Below are positions 8,801 to 18,900 of a stretch of 64,000 nt of DNA, one piece after another; the first letter of the stretch is position 1, and each line of letters opens with the position of its first letter. The translations under genes were made by a program, and so were the position numbers. Below the pieces are notes generated by a model. That model saw nothing but the letters and a program-made list of their open reading frames with translations. It had not been told where the DNA came from and ran no database searches. The DNA is from Candidatus Melainabacteria bacterium 17Bon1m (lineage in GTDB: Bacteria > Cyanobacteriota > Vampirovibrionia > Obscuribacterales > Obscuribacteraceae), in contig JAVLKG010000003.1 of assembly GCA_032128875.1 (NCBI GenBank), forward strand, positions 65,008 through 129,007, given 5' to 3'.

Positions 8801-11800
8801 AAGGTAGAGAAAACCTGGCAAGAATCAAACGGGGAGACAAGTGTCACTCGCTCTGCGACGATTGAAGGAAAAGAAAGAAAAATCGATCAGAAGTTGACTG
8901 TGGACGATCTGACAAAGCTTCTCAATCCCGATATGTCGGCAGAAGTTTCTGCGATGAAGCGCATAACTACTGCAGAGGCGTTAGATCGGCTGCGCATGAT
9001 TCCGCCTGAGATTCATGCTTCCGTACTCAAGCGCATTGCCTTGGACCCGAGCGCTGATCCCAAAGATAGAAGCAGAGCCGTGGCGGATCTCGGTGCTGTT
9101 GTTGTTCAGCTGGAATTGGATGAAGCAAGAAGAATGACTTCGGGTGTGCCGATGTCCGCTCAGCTTGCTGCAGCCGGCGACCGCTTCGGCAATACTTCTA
9201 AGGATCTCAAGGAAGTGCTTGCAAAGATCGCTTCTGATTCGAATGAAAAGCAGCAAGATGTGCGCGCCATGGCCACCTATATGTCTTATGCGCTCGATAA
9301 GCGAAGCAGCAAGTGGGATGACAGCGATCGCGATTTCTTCGAGAAAACGATATTGCAGAATCCACCGACTATGTCTTATGACCAGTTGCTCGGATATTTG
9401 AAACCGCTTGCCGGTATGCAGCATGGCGACAAGATGTCGCAGAACCTCGACGAGAAGGACCTTGCCGGTTGGGAAAGACGTGCCAGGGCTCTTGTCGCTC
9501 TGGAGAAGCTTTGCAATCCGAAAGATGGTTATGCGCCAAATGCTGGCTTCAGTCAAAAGGAAATCAATGAGAGGCTTGCCCAGTGCGCGCATCCATCGCG
9601 TCCGGCAACCACTGCTTTTGTGATGAATGCGATGTTGGATAACGTTAGGCAAGATGGTGTGCCTCGCACTCGCCTCGAACAGTTCACGCTGGATAATCCG
9701 CGTGCGGCGATGGATTTCCGTCGCAAGTCTCTAGATCTTTTGAAGACTTCGTTTGGCGGCGACGTCAAAAACGATCCGAATGCCAGAGCTGAAGTTACCG
9801 CCCGCATTCAGCTGATGGAACAATTGCCGGAGTTTCTCAAATCAAAAGAAATTCCTGAAGCATTTAAAGCCGAACTGCAAGGAATGAGGCAGGAAGCTGG
9901 ACGCGTGCTAAAGGCCACGTTGTGCGCTGCCGATGAAATGGAAGTTCGCTTTATGCGCGCTGCTCTTCGAGATGTGTTGTCCACCCCCAATGCTAGCAAG
10001 GAAAAAATTGCAGAAGCTCAAGCGGCAGTGGACAAAGCTGAGCGTGACATGATTTTGGCCAAGGGTTGTCAGCTCAATCCTGACAGTCCGCAGGTGATCG
10101 AGCTGTCCGCTAAGATGCGGGCCGCAAAAGATAATCCGGAAGAATTGAAGCGCTTGAAAGACGAGTGGATCAATTCCTGGGGTGTTTCCTTGTACGGTCC
10201 GCAGAAATTGGACGCTTCTGGGAAGCCACTACCAGACCTGTCTATGCTGAATGGCATCGCATACGAAGATGCTGAAATGCGGAAGGCGGCAATTCGTGCT
10301 CTTGGTGAATTCGGTGCTGGAGATGAAGACAGTAGGCGAATTTTGATTGAGCGCGCCACGCCTCCAAAAAATGAAGCGCTCAGTGAGTGTCGCTTTGAGA
10401 ATGTTGCAGACGTAAGATTGGCTGCATTGAATGCCTTGCAGAAATCGATGGCACCGCTGAGTTTTTCCCGCTTGTGCAACAGCTTGGTGGAGAAAGAACC
10501 ATCCCCTGGCGTGGCGACAAAAATGCGGATGAATACCTGGTATTCAGATATAGCGCTCGACCCTCAGTCAGTCGGATATCAGGATTTATCTGATAGGGCG
10601 ACCGAATTCATCAAGCCGTTTAAAAACCTGGATGAGATCAAAGCCAGGTATCACAGTGAAACCGGTGGGCATTACTGGCTTTCCGGGCAGAAGCTGGGGG
10701 CTGATCTGGCTAAAGCTGCCGACCAATACAACTGGTTGACGGCTGGTGTCACCAACCTTTTTTCAGATACTCGGGTGAAAACTAAAGAGAGGGAGGCTCT
10801 TCTTGATACATATAAAACCTATCGCGAGAAGATCAATACCGACATCATTGCCAAATTCACGAAGGGCGACGCAGAAGGGCGGAAGTTTGCTCGCGAGATG
10901 TGTTTTGGTATTTTGGCGGCACCGCCTGAGGGATTCAACGATAACGCTGCAACCAAAAAATCTCAGGACGACAATGCTTATTCAAATCAGCGTCTCTATG
11001 CGTCCAAGGAAATTTTGCACGACATTCAAATGCAGGCGGCAAAAGCCTTGTCCGAAGCGTGTAAGGCCGGCAATCCGGAGCGCGATCAGACGGCAGCTTA
11101 CATAATTCAGTCGCTCAAAATGACGACTGACTATGCCGTGAAGCGAGAGCTTTTGAAAGGGTTGACTCATCTCAGCAGCAATAAAGTCGGCGGTGCCACA
11201 GACAAGACCGAAAGTGAAACGCTGGCATTTGATCCAGGTGTTGGCTCGAAGTTCGTTCTTGATGCAATAACAGACTCGATTGGCGACAGTGCTCAGAATC
11301 CGCAGAAGTCACAGTTTCAGCTTGAGTGTGCAAATTATTTGCGCCAGGTTATGACTTCAGACGTAATGCGTAAAACCAATATTTATGCCGAATTAGAAGG
11401 TAAAGCAAATCACAAAGATTGCCCTTCTGCGCTCCGTCATGCACTCTTGGATATCATTGCTGACAGGCGCGATCGCGTCATGCCGGTTTGGGGCGCTTGC
11501 CGTGTGGATTCTGTGAATGCGACAGTCGAGGATCGCATGCAGTTGCTCAGAGAGGCTGCGGCTGATGTGAAACCGGGTCTGCTGGAAGGTACACCAGCAC
11601 AGCCTGCCGCTAATGGTAGTGAGTTAGAAGCACGTGTTCCCAGCGCCGTGTACAAGATTTTTGCGGCCGCTAAGGACAGCTCTATTCCACTAGGGGATCC
11701 TCGCATTGATGCTTTGAAGGCGCTCGCCTCCGGGAATGTGAAGCCCGGCGAAAGACAAACAGACGAACGGGTCCGGCTTGCCGCAGCATTTGCTTTGTAT

Positions 11801-14800
11801 AAGACAGGCAGCAATTTCGAAACGGCCAAGCAATCGCTGGATGCGATTGTTGACGTGGCAGTCAACGGCAATCGCCCAGGTGTCAGGCGTGATGCTATGG
11901 ATATTATTGCCAATATGAAGGGTGATTATCTGCGTGAAGCAGAGCGCCTTTTGAATGCGTCCAGAGCCAAGACTGAGGATGCTTCGGGACAACCATATCC
12001 GAAGAAAGACGTTGATATGGCGGAAGCTGCTCGTCTTGGAATGCTCGGTAAAGTGCTTGTGGCGCAGAATAGAAACAAAGAAGCCGAGGCGCCGTTGCGT
12101 GCTGCGTATAATCTTTACCTTGGTAAACCCGTTGATACGCCGCTGCATACAGGTGCTAATTATCCCGAAGAAGACGCCCGTGCTCTCAGTGCGTTAAGAG
12201 GTGACAGGCGCTTCCGCGAGGTTGCCGATGCAGTTGAAAATCTGCAGCGTTTGCGTCCTGATTCGCATCTGGCAATGTCAGCGAATTGGGCTCGCTACAA
12301 TGCCTTTGGGCCGAATCACCCAGAGTCTGTGAACGCACATTTTAATAGCGGTTTGCAACAGAAAAAGTATGCACTGGAAAGGCAGCAAAAAGAAGGCATT
12401 AGCGGATTTGTTGATTTGTTCAATGCGCGAAAAGAATTTGTTAGTGCCTTTAATGGCGCTGTCAGCGGTTTCTACCCAATGCCTCTGGATGTTCGGCTCA
12501 AGAGCCTTGATGAAATTGGCGACATTTCATTGCGCTTAGCGCCGATGGAGCATCCATTAGAAATTGCTATCGGTTATGTGCCGGCCGGCTATAAGGACGC
12601 CGCTTACGACCTTGATCGTGCTCAAAGGGCTTACAACCAAAGCCTGGAAATGAAGGAGAAGTACAAGGTTGGTGCAGCGGATCTGGCGCAAGCTCATTTC
12701 AATTTGGCTCGGGTCGCTGAGATGAAGGCAAAGCTTTTGCCGGGGCAGCAGGAATCAGGCATGACGACTGCTCGAGCGGAGGTCGATAAGGCGCTGCAAA
12801 TTGCCCGAGGAGCGAAAGATAATCTCGTGCTTTCCGACCAATTGCGAAATGCTGCTCAGTTCTACAAACGAAACGGCGATGCGCAGAAGAGTGCGCAGTA
12901 TGAAAAGGAAGCGTTAGACATAGTCGAGAAGCGTGTTGGAAAGGGCTCTCTGGGCGATAAGACTGCAGAACAGGTTGAAGAAACTATTGCTTCCTTCATG
13001 GCTTCCCTTGGTGCAGACCATCCGGTTGTGGCGAAACTTCTGACCGATGCTTCTACTCGTTATTTGCAGCTGGGTAAGCTTGATATGGCAGAGAAGCATG
13101 CTGATTCGGCACTGGCCATTTACAAGGCTAAACCGCCGGAAGATGCCAGCACTGTAATCGATGCTTTGAATGCCAGGCATAATGCGGTCTTTCGATATCG
13201 TACAAATGAAAAGAATGCCAGCTGCGTTGATTCACTTACATGGCTGAAGACCTTGCAAGAAGGGCAGGCTAAAGGAGAAAACACGCCAGCGCTGCAGCGC
13301 ACCCGGGCCAATTTGTCCGAGTGTTTGGCGGCCCGAGCCGGAGTTAATGCCGAAGCCGGCAATACAGCAGCCGCACGCAGTGATTTTGCTTTGCTGTTAG
13401 CGAATGAAAACGTATCGAAAGATCAAAAACTCTCTGAAGAAGCCAAGGCAAGGCTCGCGCACGTTGCGCAGCGCTTAGAGAATCAAGCTTATGGACTTCG
13501 CAATCAGAATAAATTCAACGAAGCCGGCGAGCTTTTCACTTTTGCGCTATCCTGTCGCCTGCAGGAAAATGGTGGCAAACTGCCTGAAAAGCTTGAGAAG
13601 CAGTACAAAGACCTCGTCAACAATTACGAAGGCTATCTGGGAGGCCAACTTAAAGCGCTTAAAAATACCGGCAAGATGGAGGATGCCAGCAGAGCTATCG
13701 AGACTTGGGTCCAGCTATCGAGGCAGTTAAATGGTGGGCGTGTTTCGGATGACGTCCTCAAGAAGCTCAATATTGTTCATTCCGAATACGCAAATCACAT
13801 CAACAAGACAGTGCCACTTGATGCTGATTACAATGCCGAAAAAATGCGGACAGCCGAGCCGGTTTTCCAATCTGTGTTGGCTGCGCAAAGAGAGAGACTT
13901 CTTGTTTTGAAAGAGCAAGGGCGAAAAGACGAAACAGTGGACATGGACTTGCAGATAAGAGAATTGCGGGTCGTCAATTACGCTCTTATGAAACACTATC
14001 AAAGCGAAAAGCAATTTGCTAAGTCTGATGCAACGTCAGAGAGAAATATTGAGACAGCTCGTTTGGTAGCACCAAGCAGTTATGAAACTGCCGGTCTGGT
14101 TGCGCAAAAGATGGATAATTATCTTGCTCAGGGCAAGCGAGAGCTGGCTTTGGCAGAAGTGGACAAGCACATTGATAAAGTTGCCGATACTTTAGGCACC
14201 GCAGATGGTGTTGCTGGTGTGGCTGAATTAATGCGATTGGCTTCGATTGTTGAATGCAATTCTAAACAGCCAGGTGTGACTGCGGATGTGGCGGCCAAAG
14301 CGATAGCTGCGCTCAATCGCAATGTGCAGAAACTGCCCAAGGATAAGCAAGTCGAGGCTTTGAACAATCTCAATGCCGAAGTGCTTAATGCAATGAATGG
14401 TGGTATCAATGAGCTCGAGGCTTTCACCAGAGACCCGCGGTTTGAAAAGCGCACGGATGCCGAGAAAGAACAGCATAAAGAGTCTATCAAGCGTCTTCTT
14501 GAATTGAAGAATCAGACTCATTCTGCCGCTGATGGCGCATTAAAGCTATCAGTTGAAAAATGGAGTTCGTCTTTGGCAGGAGCCGGTAAAGAAGAACCTT
14601 CGCAGCACTTGCGTGATTTAATCGACAATTATTGCCAGTCCGGACGCTACGCAGAGGGCGCCAAGTTTGTTCGCGATCACATCAAGACTGTGATGGAGAA
14701 AGGTACTCCAGAGCAGGCGGCAGATGCTTTGGCTTCTCAGTTGCGCGCGCTCAGTTTTTCCAATGCAACTCCGGAGCAAATCGCTGACATTTCTGCCGGT

Positions 14801-15895
14801 TTGTGTGGAGACGTTATCGCAATGATCGATCAAATGCCAGAAGGAAAGCGCGATCAGATGTATTCCATATTGGGCTCGGAAGCCGCACGAGGAATGCATA
14901 ATAACGTTCTTTCTTTGCGCTCGCCCGGATTTGGTGAGAATACGGACAACGCAAAACGCGAAGCTGGAGCTAAGAAGCTGCAAGAAGTCTATGATCGTGT
15001 TGCTGAGAAAATCAGCCCCAGCCTGCTTAAGGAGATCGATAAGTTCGAAAAAGGCGCAGATAAAGAAAACCCTTGCAAAGCTTTTACTGCGATGTTCGAA
15101 ATGCAGGTTGCTCAAGGCAAAATGAAAGAAGCTAATGAACTCGCTGGCAGACACATGGCTGCTTTGCTGAGTTCTGGCAGGTTGGAGCAAGTCAATGTAT
15201 TAATGCGAGATATTGGAGGCAATTTCAACTCTGAGGATAGAGCCTCTCACGGTGAGTTTCTCCTGAATGCAAAAAGCGTTCTGGACAAACATCTAGCTTC
15301 CGTTCCTCAAGAGCAGAAGCAAGATGTCCTCGCTCGTGTCGCTCCTCTACTCTCGGAAAGAATGCAAACGGAAGCGCGCATGGTTAGTGCGCATGACGCA
15401 ACTGCTTCTCAAAAGCTGCAAGCTGGAGCAAAGGAAGTTGCCATAACGGCGAAAGGCGCATTGCAGGCGCGTTTGTCCAAGGCCGTTGCGGCTAAGGACG
15501 ATGCCTCCATTGTCGATGCCTATGGCAGCCTGACTTCAGCTTTCGTGGCTATGGAAGATTGGGCCGAGCTGCAGAAGAGTACGGAAGCTTTGGTTAAGTC
15601 GATGAATGAGAATGGCAACACTGAGCGCGCAACGTTTACTGTTCAAAACGTTTTGATGAATGCTCTGCGCAATGACAGCCAGTCGAAGGTGGGTCCGACA
15701 GCGCTGGCGGCGTTGCAAATGATTGAAACTCAAGTCGCTAAGCTCGACAAAGCAGAAGATCGCAGCCGCCAATTCCGGGCACTGGCTGAAGCGTACGATC
15801 ATTTCTCGAGTTATGTTAATGACCAGGAGATCTCTAAGCAGATGAAAGAACGGTCGGCAAATCTGAAAAAACGTGAGCTTGCCGGGTCGAGATAA
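5801..15895 (+). CDS. giant HEAT-repeat and TPR-repeat protein (~3360 aa)
   Basis: 10-kb ORF; ATG at 5801 follows gagga. HEAT-like: MRKAAIRALGEFG, DVRLAALNALQK, ERVRLAAAFALYK. TPR-like: LGMLGKVLVAQNRNKEAEAPLRAA, LGADHPVVAKLLTDASTRYLQLGKLDMAEKHADSALAIY. Confidence 0.9.
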   Translation: MGDTAKPGKKEDEVKRPPTPEELPQPEELDDEEGSLADEADELFEEQGGDPERAGEGKGEAGLEKLQFPLNVVESEEDKRTAKLQDFLIQKLERVYLPIEGKDEAYMTDLLERMKKERSGEVNKTNPGHPEFGAATKELFAAYKNNLENRQLKSVMTELSTMDLGSPSLSPERLRMENHAGKMLPETPASFLARMRRGDTEFKLQTAESGKMVDVDTNKLPTDDVFKRIQSAEDFMTWANDKVILDRKLRYHENLLEERIKKEGWPKEWLESPMKQTNRAGWCMAVMERMTDSTSMARSIESLYAMRTKQGMANYGDEALKNLPKHVHVETEKRDGKEYVKRVTFDQPLDLDLRNPDFLKNRQGEVNWQTKHGREIDKLVMKSDMAHANIKNWLFQGDIKVPGMQVIVDKKTNEILGMHKKDVLKDPAKMEMILQEAGKKRSDVTIEDADMMRCRINAGEERGESGELKFVTIDYGVQYGLTPPINYHNLFMSPIGKPSRPSAEGEADGLQRFKPDEIVIGRDGHGEDKPMPAKDVALYAQCEDLKRALDVGVSVVMDASMILGVGAAFQGVRLVRAAHGAMDLIRAGQAGMAVANGVASKEMAAVGYRMIRHGVKDFALGASAFINNDTVQQYRGYYFLGHAASGLPGVNRITGAIAGRFGGARDVETLKSLKDAALADGKTLKEVRSLGLSEGAFYSATKPLAEKGFKYSNYAFAGILSHELWKQSEFINGIGSADGFAIAKDRMKGVDTQGKKRTPEEERVRQDEVHRTASRILEDYSKSTTGNGAEVKSIADRTKALLEPPPKELKGAELDAWNAKRKADIEQFQKDLRANYLQFDGKRVADLERQRAEKTPSNATDVGKLQDDPVYVQSVKLEGDKLAAAVEAYRAKEEEYKKLGEAKDDAERAQRRDDLAKLKFQKEFAQDRYDSAASGQTLAVRGLETSDPKLDNGAPERKFADRLDAQKAAALAYMLLYSADGKELPADGVLAKDSMTIPGWKVEKTWQESNGETSVTRSATIEGKERKIDQKLTVDDLTKLLNPDMSAEVSAMKRITTAEALDRLRMIPPEIHASVLKRIALDPSADPKDRSRAVADLGAVVVQLELDEARRMTSGVPMSAQLAAAGDRFGNTSKDLKEVLAKIASDSNEKQQDVRAMATYMSYALDKRSSKWDDSDRDFFEKTILQNPPTMSYDQLLGYLKPLAGMQHGDKMSQNLDEKDLAGWERRARALVALEKLCNPKDGYAPNAGFSQKEINERLAQCAHPSRPATTAFVMNAMLDNVRQDGVPRTRLEQFTLDNPRAAMDFRRKSLDLLKTSFGGDVKNDPNARAEVTARIQLMEQLPEFLKSKEIPEAFKAELQGMRQEAGRVLKATLCAADEMEVRFMRAALRDVLSTPNASKEKIAEAQAAVDKAERDMILAKGCQLNPDSPQVIELSAKMRAAKDNPEELKRLKDEWINSWGVSLYGPQKLDASGKPLPDLSMLNGIAYEDAEMRKAAIRALGEFGAGDEDSRRILIERATPPKNEALSECRFENVADVRLAALNALQKSMAPLSFSRLCNSLVEKEPSPGVATKMRMNTWYSDIALDPQSVGYQDLSDRATEFIKPFKNLDEIKARYHSETGGHYWLSGQKLGADLAKAADQYNWLTAGVTNLFSDTRVKTKEREALLDTYKTYREKINTDIIAKFTKGDAEGRKFAREMCFGILAAPPEGFNDNAATKKSQDDNAYSNQRLYASKEILHDIQMQAAKALSEACKAGNPERDQTAAYIIQSLKMTTDYAVKRELLKGLTHLSSNKVGGATDKTESETLAFDPGVGSKFVLDAITDSIGDSAQNPQKSQFQLECANYLRQVMTSDVMRKTNIYAELEGKANHKDCPSALRHALLDIIADRRDRVMPVWGACRVDSVNATVEDRMQLLREAAADVKPGLLEGTPAQPAANGSELEARVPSAVYKIFAAAKDSSIPLGDPRIDALKALASGNVKPGERQTDERVRLAAAFALYKTGSNFETAKQSLDAIVDVAVNGNRPGVRRDAMDIIANMKGDYLREAERLLNASRAKTEDASGQPYPKKDVDMAEAARLGMLGKVLVAQNRNKEAEAPLRAAYNLYLGKPVDTPLHTGANYPEEDARALSALRGDRRFREVADAVENLQRLRPDSHLAMSANWARYNAFGPNHPESVNAHFNSGLQQKKYALERQQKEGISGFVDLFNARKEFVSAFNGAVSGFYPMPLDVRLKSLDEIGDISLRLAPMEHPLEIAIGYVPAGYKDAAYDLDRAQRAYNQSLEMKEKYKVGAADLAQAHFNLARVAEMKAKLLPGQQESGMTTARAEVDKALQIARGAKDNLVLSDQLRNAAQFYKRNGDAQKSAQYEKEALDIVEKRVGKGSLGDKTAEQVEETIASFMASLGADHPVVAKLLTDASTRYLQLGKLDMAEKHADSALAIYKAKPPEDASTVIDALNARHNAVFRYRTNEKNASCVDSLTWLKTLQEGQAKGENTPALQRTRANLSECLAARAGVNAEAGNTAAARSDFALLLANENVSKDQKLSEEAKARLAHVAQRLENQAYGLRNQNKFNEAGELFTFALSCRLQENGGKLPEKLEKQYKDLVNNYEGYLGGQLKALKNTGKMEDASRAIETWVQLSRQLNGGRVSDDVLKKLNIVHSEYANHINKTVPLDADYNAEKMRTAEPVFQSVLAAQRERLLVLKEQGRKDETVDMDLQIRELRVVNYALMKHYQSEKQFAKSDATSERNIETARLVAPSSYETAGLVAQKMDNYLAQGKRELALAEVDKHIDKVADTLGTADGVAGVAELMRLASIVECNSKQPGVTADVAAKAIAALNRNVQKLPKDKQVEALNNLNAEVLNAMNGGINELEAFTRDPRFEKRTDAEKEQHKESIKRLLELKNQTHSAADGALKLSVEKWSSSLAGAGKEEPSQHLRDLIDNYCQSGRYAEGAKFVRDHIKTVMEKGTPEQAADALASQLRALSFSNATPEQIADISAGLCGDVIAMIDQMPEGKRDQMYSILGSEAARGMHNNVLSLRSPGFGENTDNAKREAGAKKLQEVYDRVAEKISPSLLKEIDKFEKGADKENPCKAFTAMFEMQVAQGKMKEANELAGRHMAALLSSGRLEQVNVLMRDIGGNFNSEDRASHGEFLLNAKSVLDKHLASVPQEQKQDVLARVAPLLSERMQTEARMVSAHDATASQKLQAGAKEVAITAKGALQARLSKAVAAKDDASIVDAYGSLTSAFVAMEDWAELQKSTEALVKSMNENGNTERATFTVQNVLMNALRNDSQSKVGPTALAALQMIETQVAKLDKAEDRSRQFRALAEAYDHFSSYVNDQEISKQMKERSANLKKRELAGSR

Positions 15896-15917
15896 ACGAA
15901 TCTGAAATAACGAACTT

Positions 15918-18900
15918 TTAGCGGACGTCTGCGCGTCCGATGTAGGGGCTTCTGGCGCTGTTCATCTGCTCGTAGGCATACCAACCGGCAAGAGTAGTCA
16001 CCACCATTCCCATGCCTACGAAGCTTCCGGCCGCTTTGTCTATGCCTGCGCCGCGACCAACCGCTCCTCGAAGAGCCTCGCGTGCCTCTTTATGACCGCG
16101 CTCTGCCAATTCGAGAACCTGCAGCGCACGTCGTTTTTGTTCCGGCGTGTATTTGTTTTCCCGGTCTTCCAAAATTTTGGATCTCAATCGAGCAATATCT
16201 TCCTTCGGCATTTCCGCCCCGGCTCGAATTTCTCCTTCTGCTGGCTTCTCGCTCGCAACTTCATATCCGCCTGCTTCTGTGGAGCGTATTTCGGTGCTGC
16301 CTCCGGCCGCTACGAGCGGAGCGCCGCTTGTGGCAGAGACGCCTGGCGTTGTTGTTCCACCTGCTGCGCCGCCCTTTCTGAGTGGAGTAACAGCCGGTGC
16401 GGCGACAGCGACTGTTTCCGCTCCGGCAGGTGTGACTGCTTTTGACTCGAGAGCGAAATTGGAGGCAAGCGCTTTGATGATTGAGACTCGAGCATCGATG
16501 CTATTTGCGATCGACTCGAGTGAGACTTTTGCTGCTTGTGCATCGGCTGCTGGAATAGCAGTTGAGTTGGCGCGCTCTTCCAAGCCGTCTTTCACTGCGT
16601 TTAGCCAGCCTTCAGTGCTATAGCGTTTTCCATCTTTGGCGGCCTTGAGATAGAGTTTTCCTTCAACAATGTCTATACCACTGACTGTAAGCGGCTTGTC
16701 TTTGAAGTTGAGCGTAATTGGTTCGGCGAATTTGACCGTTCCTCCCTCTGCTACTGCCTTTTCGGCTAAGTATTTTTGCGCATCGGCAATCGTGAAATCA
16801 ATTGCGTTGGAAGCCGCTAGTTGATGCGGAGCCAGTCCTACGCGCACTACTCCGGCGTTTCCTACTGAGTATGTTTCACGCTCTTCGATGGTTTTGGCTA
16901 GTTTTGGTTTTTTCTCGGGATTGAAAAGAAAGCGGTTGCTCAGTTCATCTGTAGCGGTTGCAGCGGATGCACCATTGTTGATTCGATATGCTGCAACCAC
17001 TGCCGGGGCGCGATCTGTTCCGCTGAAGTCTTGTACGAAGACTCTGCCGTTTTTTCCTTTTACTCTTTCAATTTCAGCAAGTACTTGGTTTATTTGTTCT
17101 TGAGTCATCAGATTTGGGTCTTTGACTGGCAAATGTTTGTACTCGACGTTGTTGAGTTCGCACCACTGTTTTTGTGCTTCGTTGGGCTTTTGTCCCAGAT
17201 CGATGATGGTAGTGACGCCCATCTCTTTTAGTGATTCCAGCGAATCTACTAAAGGAAGCTTTTTGCTGTCGCTCGGCTTGGAGCCGACAAGCAGGTCAGC
17301 GCTCACCTCGGTGAAGCGGTTGATTCCTGGCACTGTCGTAATTTCCTTGAGTGGATGCTCAACGCTGAACAGCTTCTCTTTCACAACTTGATCGATAGAT
17401 TCTTTGAAGCGAGTTGCGTCTGCTTGAGGATATTGGGAAGCCAGTTCTTGCGCACGGTATGTCAGAAGCTGGCGCATGATTTCCACTTTGGCTTTTTGAA
17501 ATTGCGACGCTTCAGCCAGACTTGGGTCGAGAACAATTGAGAGCGTTTTATCCTCCACCATGCGCGTTCCGGTTGGAGTGCCGAATTCAACGTTCACTCT
17601 GATGCCTTCCAAGCCGAGATTGGCATTTGTTTTCTGGTGTTGCTCGAGGAAATTCTGCAGTCCTTCTTTGAGCATGGCTCGCAGTTCTTGAGGTTTGTTG
17701 CCTTCACCTGGTTTGAAGGCGCTTTCCATGCTTTCGGAATATTCTTCGGCCGCTCTTGAATGGACTGACTTCAGCAGTTTGGAGACAGTTTCTCTTTGTG
17801 CACGGGGGTCGTTGATGTCTTTGAAATCAGATGCTGCGTTTTCCAGTTCAAGCTGACCTTTAGATTCAATGTGCGCTTTGGGTACGCCAAGATAGTTAGC
17901 CAGGTCGCTCAGCAGTCGAGCTGTGGTGTTTGAGCGAATGTGAGACATGAAGAGGGAGGAAACAACTTTGGCACCATTCACTTTTTCGCCTGGTTTATAT
18001 GTTTCGGCGTTCCAGTCCGGAGCGCCAAGAATTCTTTCGGCTTCTTTGACGGTGAACTCTCCTGTGCTTTCCGGCAGACCTTCCGTTATCTCGGGGTGCC
18101 TTGCAAGCAGACGTGAAATTTTGGCGCGCTGCGGAGAACTCGCTGCTTTCGAGTAGGCATCTTGATATTCAGCCTGAGCAATGATTTCCACGCCTGCCAG
18201 ATTTCCAGCCTCCGTTGCGACTTTTATGCCCTCTGCGTATCCGAACAAGTTTGCGATGGCGACTTTTGCTCCATTCGCTTTCAGTTCTTGCATCTTTGGA
18301 ATATTCTTCTGTGCTTCTGTGCCGCTGTATATTCCATCGTTGAGTTGAACGAAGCAAAGCCCGCTCCCCTTCATAGCCTTGGCTTGTTCGAAGGTGATGA
18401 ATTTTCCGTCGAACTCTTTGCCTTCCATGCCATTTGCGAGTCTGTACAAATCAATGGAAAGATGATTGCTGTTGACCTTTTCGTCGACGATGAAGAAAGT
18501 GTTCTCTTTCGTCGCACCTAGCCTTTTGGCAAGCGAGTCCTGCAATCCGTGTGCTTGTTTGATCAAGTCGTCATATCTGCCGACGTCGAGAGAGGCATTT
18601 GCCACCATTGCGTGAAGTTGAACGGGTCCACCCAGGTTGGCTTGTTTTTGCGCGAAATACAGCAACGACCCTGCTTCGACCCGTGCTCTGTTTTCGTTGT
18701 TTTTCTGCTGCGCGAGGTTTTTCAGCAGCTTGAATTCGTTTTCGGTAGTGACACCAGGGGGGTGGTTGGTAGCGTCTCCTTTCAGCTCCGCTGGACGTCC
18801 TGCTCGCTTTGCTTCTTCGAGCATTAGATTCAATTGTTGTTTTGCCTGCGCCGGGTCTCCTGTCGCTTCTGCAACGGCTAGATGCTTGTAATTCAAGCCT

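Noticed and set aside
618-16838. Invertible segment bounded by the oppositely oriented C-terminal modules
   Set aside because: The similarity is at protein level with many synonymous differences; there are no long identical DNA repeats and no recombinase in the window.
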